Below, piece by piece: positions 56,876 to 63,114 of a DNA stretch of 63,114 nucleotides (position 1 is its first letter; each line of letters opens with the position of its first letter). Below the pieces are notes generated by a model. It did not search any database. It saw only the letters and a list, made by a program, of their open reading frames with translations, and was not told the origin of the DNA. The stretch is from Desulfobacula sp. Lineage in GTDB: Bacteria > Desulfobacterota > Desulfobacteria > Desulfobacterales > Desulfobacteraceae. The translations under genes and the position numbers were made by a program. The stretch covers positions 1 to 63,114 of the forward strand of contig JAKIUJ010000001.1 in NCBI GenBank assembly GCA_021647625.1, given 5' to 3'.

Positions 56876-59014
56876 TTGGAAAAAGCGACTTATAGACTTG
56901 GATGTGATATTGGCGGCACGTTTACCGATTTTGTCCTGGTCAATAATATAACGGGTGAGTTTCATACAAACAAATGCCTGACCACACCTTCTGATCCATC
57001 GGATGCTATTGAACAGGGCATCAGGGAACTTGCACAAATTTTGCCGGGTTTCATGGATAATGTTGAAGAGATCATCCATGGGACCACACTGGTGATCAAT
57101 GCTATTATTGAAAGGAAAGGTGCCAAAACCGGCCTGATCACTACAAAAGGTTTCAGGGATATTTTAGAACTGGGCCGCGAAAAACGGTATGATGCCTATG
57201 ATATTTTCAGTGAATACCCCGAGCCCATTGTGCCCCGGTCAGACAGGGCACAAATTGATGAACGGCTGACCTTTGACGGCAAAGTGCTCAAAAGTGTTGA
57301 TGAAAATGAAGTGATGAGAGTTCTGGAAAAATTCAAAAAAGACGGGATAGAGTCTGTTGCTGTCTGCTTTATTAATTCCTATGAAAACGCTGTAAATGAA
57401 AAAAAGATAAAACAGATCATTGAAGAGGTTGCACCGGAACTGTTTTTATCTGCATCATTTGAAGTTTTACCTGAAATAAAAGAATATGAACGCACCTGCA
57501 CCACTGCTGTTAATGCCTATGTAAAACCCATTACCTATTGGTATTTAAATAAACTGATCAAAAGACTTGGCACCATCGGGTTTAACGGTAAATTTTTCAT
57601 CATGCTGTCTTCAGGGGGAATCACTTCCATTGAAACAGCAAAAAATTTTCCCGTCAGAATCATTGAATCAGGACCCACAGCCGCTGTTATAGCCTCCCAG
57701 CATTATGGGAAAATGTTCAATATCAAGGATATGTTCTGCTTTGATATGGGCGGCACCACAGCCAAATCATGTTTGATTCAGGATGGCCATGCAGGGCTTG
57801 TATCCACATTTGAGGTGGGGCGCGTGCAGCGGTTTCAAAAAGGCAGCGGCTTGCCCATCCAGGTGCCGGTTGTAGATCTGATGGAGATTGGTGCAGGCGG
57901 TGGATCCATTGCTAAAATAAGCAGTCTCGGGTTATTACAGGTTGGCCCTGAAAGTGCGGGAGCCGATCCCGGGCCTGCCTGTTACAAACAGGGCGGCGAC
58001 AATCCCACAGTCACTGATGCCGACCTTGTATTGGGATATCTTGATCCTGACTTCTTTTTGGGCGGAACCATGACTCTTGACATTGAATTGTCTAAAAAAG
58101 CCATCAAAGAAAAAATCGCAGACCCGCTTGGCACAACAATGGTTGACGCGGCTTTTGGTATCCATGATCTGATTAATGAAACCATGGCTGCGGCTGCCAA
58201 AACCCATATTGCTGAAAAAGGCGGCAACCCCAACATTGTTACCATGTCGGCCTTTGGCGGTGCCGGACCTGTTCATACTTACGGACTGGCAAAAAAAATC
58301 GGTGCACCGGCCATTATGGTTCCACCCCTTGCAGGTGTGGGATCAGCCCTTGGTTTCTTTACTGCGCCCGTGGCATTTGACCTTTCACGAAGTCACAGAA
58401 AAGTGTTAGATGAAGCCGACTTTAAAGAGATTGAACTTCTTTTTAACGGACTCGAAAAAGAGAGTGCAAAAATCTTAGAAGGTGCCCAGAGCGGTGATGA
58501 AATCATTTATGAAAGAACCCTTTTAATGCGCTTTGTGGGCCAGGGTGCTGAGATCGATCTATCCATCGAACTTAAAGATTTCCAAAAATTTTCAAAAAAA
58601 GAGATCCGAACCATGTTTGATGATGAGTATAAACGGCTTTACGGCAGAACCAGCACTCAATCACCTGTGGAGTTTGTAACATTCAAGGTAAGGGCAAGTC
58701 TTCCTAAAAAACCATTTTCAATTTCAAAATTGACTACAAGAAACCGTGATCTTTTGACCTGTATCAAGGGCCGGAGACAGGCATTTTCCGTAATCAAAAA
58801 AGACTATATCCCGTTTACCGTTTATGACCGGTCCAAGCTCTTTCCCGATGAACAATTTGACGGGCCCGACATTATTGAGGAACGTGAATCCACCATCGTA
58901 ATCGGAGAAGATGCCAAAGCCCGGGTGGATGAATTCGGTTTTATCTGGATCGACAGCATTAAATCCGGTGGGCCCGATTCAAATAGAAAAGATTCCGGCG
59001 GAGGGCATAAATAA
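56876..59014 (+). CDS. Hydantoinase A / oxoprolinase family ATP-dependent amidohydrolase subunit
   Basis: DIGGTFTD, HGTT, ESGP, DMGGTT, IGAGGGS, GPESAGADPGP; TTG start after AAGGAG. Confidence 0.93.
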   Translation: MEKATYRLGCDIGGTFTDFVLVNNITGEFHTNKCLTTPSDPSDAIEQGIRELAQILPGFMDNVEEIIHGTTLVINAIIERKGAKTGLITTKGFRDILELGREKRYDAYDIFSEYPEPIVPRSDRAQIDERLTFDGKVLKSVDENEVMRVLEKFKKDGIESVAVCFINSYENAVNEKKIKQIIEEVAPELFLSASFEVLPEIKEYERTCTTAVNAYVKPITYWYLNKLIKRLGTIGFNGKFFIMLSSGGITSIETAKNFPVRIIESGPTAAVIASQHYGKMFNIKDMFCFDMGGTTAKSCLIQDGHAGLVSTFEVGRVQRFQKGSGLPIQVPVVDLMEIGAGGGSIAKISSLGLLQVGPESAGADPGPACYKQGGDNPTVTDADLVLGYLDPDFFLGGTMTLDIELSKKAIKEKIADPLGTTMVDAAFGIHDLINETMAAAAKTHIAEKGGNPNIVTMSAFGGAGPVHTYGLAKKIGAPAIMVPPLAGVGSALGFFTAPVAFDLSRSHRKVLDEADFKEIELLFNGLEKESAKILEGAQSGDEIIYERTLLMRFVGQGAEIDLSIELKDFQKFSKKEIRTMFDDEYKRLYGRTSTQSPVEFVTFKVRASLPKKPFSISKLTTRNRDLLTCIKGRRQAFSVIKKDYIPFTVYDRSKLFPDEQFDGPDIIEERESTIVIGEDAKARVDEFGFIWIDSIKSGGPDSNRKDSGGGHK

Positions 59015-60738
59015 TGACAACCAATAAAAAAAAATTCGACCCGATTACATTAGAAATCCTATGGAAAAGGCTTATTTCCATCGTAGACGAATCTGACGCA
59101 TCGGTTATCAGGACCGCTTTTTCATCTCTTTTACGGGATGCCCACGATTATACCTGCATGTTTACTGACAGTCGCGGACAGGAACTTGTACAAGGAACCT
59201 TATGCACACCCGGCATGGCCGGTGCCATGGCATTGGGAATGAAAAAAATTGTCAAATCCATTCCCCTTGAAGACTACAACGAAGGCGATGTATTTATTAT
59301 CAATGACCCCTGGCTTCTGGCCGGACATTTAAACGATGTCTGCGTATGGAGCCCCATATTTTTCAAGGGCAAACCTGTGGCATTTACCGCATGCATATTC
59401 CATCATACCGATATTGGCGGAAGAACAGCTTCCGATAACCGGGATGTTTACGCAGAAGGCCTTTACATCCCTTTAACAAAACTTTATGACGCAGGCAAGC
59501 TCAATGAAGCACTTGTTAATTTAATTGGCTGGAATGTACGAACCTCAACAGAGTTTGACGGGGATATCCGTTCACAGGTTGCTGCCAATCATATCTGTTC
59601 CCAAAAAATCATAGAGATGATGGAAGACGAAGGGCTTGATACCCTTGATGACCTTGCCGACGATATTATCGACCGGACTGAAAAAAGCATGCGGTCCGCC
59701 ATTGAAAAAATTCCCGACGGGACCTATCCACACGAGGGCTTAATCGAAGGTGCAGGCGACAAACCTGATATCCCCATCAAACTGACGGTAAAAGTCACGG
59801 GTTCAAAAATTCATGTTAATTTTGACGGGTCATCCAAACAGGTCCACTGGGGTGTGAATGTGGTTTACAATTTCACATACGCATACGTGTTCATGGCCAT
59901 CAAATCAGCCTTTGATCCCGGCATTCCCATTAATGAAGGCGCGATCCGCCCCATCACCATGTCAGCACCAAAAGGAACTATTGTCAATTGTACATTCCCG
60001 GCAGCCGTGGCAGCACGAATGGTGGTGGGTCATTTTATGACTGAAATGGTGTTTAATGCCCTGGGCAAAGCGGCCCCCGATAATATTATTGCCGGTTCCG
60101 GCGGCACACCGGCCCAGACCAATATCTTTCATGGCTCTTTTGCAAATGGCAAACCATGGCACACCATGATTATCCGTGGCGGCGGAATGGGTGCTTCTTC
60201 AAGGTTTGACGGTCACCATTGTGCTATTTTCCCGGCCAACGGGGCAAACACACCGGTTGAAATCCTTGAAAGCGATACAACCATGATTGTTGAAGAGCGA
60301 GGACTGATTATGGATTCGGGTGGTCCTGGTAAACAGCGCGGCGGTATTGGCAGACGGATGATCATCCGCTCGCCCGAAGCTAATGGAAACAATGCTGTTG
60401 GCACAACCTCCATAGCCGTACAGGCAGGACGTTATATTTACCCGCCCCAAGGCATATTTGAAGGTAAAGACGGGGCAAAAGCCCAGTATCTGAAAAATGG
60501 AGAAAACGCAGATCCAAGCACACTTACCTTTTGTGACCCAGGCGATAGAATCACATTTATCAGCGCCGGGGGCGGGGGATACGGCGATCCTTTTGAACGG
60601 GACCCAAAAGCTGTGGAACGCGATGTACAATACGGTTATGTCAGTATAGAAAAAGCCAAGTCAGACTATGGTGTTATCATTAAGCCGGACTCTTTAACGC
60701 TTGATATGAAGGCTACACAAAAATTGCGAGCTAAATAA
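59014..60738 (+). CDS. Hydantoinase B / oxoprolinase family subunit
   Basis: DPITLEIL, INDPW..GHLND, HHTDIGG, NTPVE, DSGGPGKQRGG, GGGGYGDP. Confidence 0.93.
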   Translation: MTTNKKKFDPITLEILWKRLISIVDESDASVIRTAFSSLLRDAHDYTCMFTDSRGQELVQGTLCTPGMAGAMALGMKKIVKSIPLEDYNEGDVFIINDPWLLAGHLNDVCVWSPIFFKGKPVAFTACIFHHTDIGGRTASDNRDVYAEGLYIPLTKLYDAGKLNEALVNLIGWNVRTSTEFDGDIRSQVAANHICSQKIIEMMEDEGLDTLDDLADDIIDRTEKSMRSAIEKIPDGTYPHEGLIEGAGDKPDIPIKLTVKVTGSKIHVNFDGSSKQVHWGVNVVYNFTYAYVFMAIKSAFDPGIPINEGAIRPITMSAPKGTIVNCTFPAAVAARMVVGHFMTEMVFNALGKAAPDNIIAGSGGTPAQTNIFHGSFANGKPWHTMIIRGGGMGASSRFDGHHCAIFPANGANTPVEILESDTTMIVEERGLIMDSGGPGKQRGGIGRRMIIRSPEANGNNAVGTTSIAVQAGRYIYPPQGIFEGKDGAKAQYLKNGENADPSTLTFCDPGDRITFISAGGGGYGDPFERDPKAVERDVQYGYVSIEKAKSDYGVIIKPDSLTLDMKATQKLRAK

Positions 60739-60872
60739 TTTGAGCGAAAACTCACCCATCTGCGGCGTTGCTGCAAAATCCTGCAATCCTCATGTACTAT
60801 CGTACACTCCGGTTTCAGAATTTCTTGCGCCTTGCATATGGGCAACTTTTCACCCAAATGAAAGGTTTTGGA
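60738..60872 (-). mobile_element. MITE family A, copy 5 (variant ends)
   Basis: Shared core; TSD TAAATA (60732-60737 and 60873-60878); overlaps the stop codon of the hydantoinase B gene. Confidence 0.8.
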
Positions 60873-60932
60873 TAAATATAAAAACGATTCAGTGAACCCC
60901 AATGTTGCATAAAAATATTTAGGGAGACAAAA

Positions 60933-62222
60933 ATGAAAAAGACGTTCATGCCCGATTTTAAGGATACTGGGCAGCTGTTTGACCATCAATTAAAAGGATT
61001 AAAATGGACAATTGCCCACGCGTATAAAGGATCACAATTTTATAAATCCCAATTTGAAAAAGCGGGCATTGTCCCGGAGGATATAACATCCCTTGATGAT
61101 ATAAGACGTCTTTCCTTTACCACGGGCAACGATCTCAAGACAGGATATCCATTACCTTTATTATCCGTTCGACAAGCTGATGTGGTCAGAATCCATGCAT
61201 CCTCCGGTACAACCGGAAAACGCAAAGTACTGTCCTATACACAAAACGACCTTGATACTTGGTTTGACATGTTTGCCCGGTGTTATGAAATGGCAGGATT
61301 AACAACAAAAGACAGGGTGCAGATAGCTGTGGGTTACGGTGTCTGGACAGCGGGCATGGGATTTCAGCTGGGATGTGAACGCCTGGGTGCCATGGCCATT
61401 CCTGTGGGTCCCGGCAACATTGACATGCAATGCCGATTCTTAGTGGACCTTCAGTCCACTGTCTTTTGCTGTACAGCTTCCATGGCCCTGCTTATGGCTG
61501 AAGAAGTCAATAAACGCGGTATCAAAGATAAAATCAATCTTAAAAAAATCATATTGGGTTCCGAACGTAGTTCCTCTGCCATGCGGGCAAAGATAAAGGA
61601 TTTATTAGGACTTGAAGACATGTTTGATATCACAGGGATGACGGAACTTTATGGTCCTGGAGCCGGGATAGACTGCCATAAACACGAAGGAATTCACTAT
61701 TGGGCAGATAAATACATCCTTGAAATTCTCAATCCGGAAACTCTGGAACCGGTTAAAGACGGTGAAATAGGTGAGATGGTGGTGACAACGCTTTGCAAAG
61801 AGGCCTCTCCCTTGATTCGCTACAGAACACGAGATTTGACACGAAAAATCACCCAGTCCTGTTCATGTGGCAATATTCTTTTTATGCACGATAAAATCAT
61901 GGGTCGGTCCGATGACATGATCATCTTGAAAGGGGTTAATATTTACCCCGGCCAGATTGATGAAGTGCTGTCGTCCATTCCCGAAGTGGGCAGTGAGTAC
62001 CAGCTCCATCTTGAACGTAAAAGTGACGGCAAAGATTATATGACGATCAAGGCTGAAGCCCGCCAAGGATTTGATGTGAACCATGCAAAAGAAATAATGG
62101 ATAAAATAAAGAAAGCTGTGCATTCAAAGATTATGGTCAGCTGCGCCGCAGACCTGTGTGCATACGGTAAGTTGCCACGGGTTGCCGGCAAATCCCAACG
62201 CATCTTTGATAACCGCAGTTAA
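60933..62222 (+). CDS. Phenylacetate-CoA ligase family (PaaK-like aryl-acetate CoA ligase)
   Basis: RIHASSGTTG, GMTELYGPG, PLIRYRTRDLT, GRSDDM, GVNIYP. Confidence 0.92.
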   Translation: MKKTFMPDFKDTGQLFDHQLKGLKWTIAHAYKGSQFYKSQFEKAGIVPEDITSLDDIRRLSFTTGNDLKTGYPLPLLSVRQADVVRIHASSGTTGKRKVLSYTQNDLDTWFDMFARCYEMAGLTTKDRVQIAVGYGVWTAGMGFQLGCERLGAMAIPVGPGNIDMQCRFLVDLQSTVFCCTASMALLMAEEVNKRGIKDKINLKKIILGSERSSSAMRAKIKDLLGLEDMFDITGMTELYGPGAGIDCHKHEGIHYWADKYILEILNPETLEPVKDGEIGEMVVTTLCKEASPLIRYRTRDLTRKITQSCSCGNILFMHDKIMGRSDDMIILKGVNIYPGQIDEVLSSIPEVGSEYQLHLERKSDGKDYMTIKAEARQGFDVNHAKEIMDKIKKAVHSKIMVSCAADLCAYGKLPRVAGKSQRIFDNRS

Positions 62223-62311
62223 CAGCCAGGGGCTGACCCTGGTATAGCACCCGGTCATGGCCCACAATAAAACATGAAAGACCAATTGGGTTTGAAAAGT
62301 TCTTTCATATA
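62220..62311 (+). repeat. Degenerate copy of repeat family C
   Basis: Starts TAACAGCCA at the ligase stop codon; ends AAAACATGAAAGAC...GTTCTTTCATATA. Confidence 0.5.
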
Positions 62312-62333
62312 AAAAATAAAAAAGGAACCCAGT

Positions 62334-63114
62334 ATGAAACATTTTACCTACATTGCCCCAAGCACCGTAGAAGAGGCAATCTCCTTTTACGGTCAACACA
62401 GTGAAACCTCAAAATTTATGGCCGGGGGAACAGACGTAATTGTCAAAGCCAAAGAAGGCTGGCTGGAACCCGACTATCTGATTTCACTAAAAAAGATAAA
62501 AGAGATGAATGAACTTCATAAAAATGAAGCCACCAAAGAGTTGTCCATCGGTGCCACAGTGACCCACGCAACCCTGGAAAAATCACTCATGATCCAGAAT
62601 GAATATCCCATTATTTATGATGCGGTTTCCAATATCGGCTCCCTTCAGGTTAGAAATGTCGGGACCATTGGGGGCAATCTGATTAATGCAGTTCCCTCTG
62701 CAGATGGTGCGATTCCCCTGATTGCTCTGGATGGCGTGGCCCTGCTCCACGGCCCTGATGGAGAACGTTCGGCAGATGTAAAAGATTTGTTCATCGAACC
62801 ATACAAGACCATCCTGAAAAAAGGGGAACTTCTTAAAAAAATAACCATTCCCCCCCAGGAAGCCAACACCGGATCTGCATATATTAAGTTTGGCCGAAGA
62901 GCAGCCATGGAACTTCCGCTTATCGGCATAGGCGTTTTACTGACACTTGATGAGACCCAAAAAACCTGCACCAAGGCAAGAATTGTCCTAGGAGTAGCAG
63001 CACCCACCCCCATGAGAGCCTTTGATGCTGAAAAATTTCTGGTTGGCAAAAAGATCACTGCAGATGTTTTGGTAAAGGCCGGCCAGATCGCAGCTGATGA
63101 GTCAAAAGTTCGGG
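62334..63114 (+). CDS. Xanthine dehydrogenase family FAD-binding (medium) subunit; runs off the window
   Basis: Read manually: MKHFTYIAPSTVEEA...AGGTD...IGSLQVRNVGTIGGNL..AVPSADG. Confidence 0.9.
   Translation, partial: MKHFTYIAPSTVEEAISFYGQHSETSKFMAGGTDVIVKAKEGWLEPDYLISLKKIKEMNELHKNEATKELSIGATVTHATLEKSLMIQNEYPIIYDAVSNIGSLQVRNVGTIGGNLINAVPSADGAIPLIALDGVALLHGPDGERSADVKDLFIEPYKTILKKGELLKKITIPPQEANTGSAYIKFGRRAAMELPLIGIGVLLTLDETQKTCTKARIVLGVAAPTPMRAFDAEKFLVGKKITADVLVKAGQIAADESKVR

Noticed and set aside
7250-60872. Recurrent repeats as a possible CRISPR array
   Set aside because: The copies are dispersed, over 100 bp long, not separated by regular spacers, and no cas genes are present.
62645-63058. 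Minus-strand 137-aa ORF and the many other antisense ORFs in the track
   Set aside because: They are shadows of well-supported genes on the opposite strand.

Overview
AT-rich chromosomal segment. Gene content and codon style point to a sulfate-reducing Desulfobacteraceae, probably Desulfobacula-like (inference). Left to right it holds: a sigma54-driven heavy-metal RND efflux operon with two TolC genes; signalling genes; an orphan reductive dehalogenase with no Tat signal and a divergent LysR; housekeeping singletons; a beta-carbonic-anhydrase/chemoreceptor fusion that looks damaged; a sigma54-controlled operon for a cytoplasmic Mo-bisPGD oxidoreductase with a GltD/NfnB-like flavoprotein, TauE and a DUF106-like protein; and a Dsb/TlpA/CD1871A redox operon. 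From 45.7 kb to the window end lies a GntR-regulated catabolic cluster (carboxyltransferase, acyl-CoA dehydrogenase, IorAB, CoA transferase, MeaB plus B12 mutase, hydantoinase A/B, CoA ligase, xanthine-dehydrogenase-family subunit). It parallels the anaerobic indole-3-acetate (iaa) pathway but adds an indolepyruvate entry and a carboxyltransferase. Intergenic DNA is crowded with miniature repeats. Two are MITE families with readable target-site duplications that edit gene ends, and a third is a structured ~105-nt repeat without terminal inverted repeats. No rRNA, tRNA, CRISPR array or intact transposase was seen.
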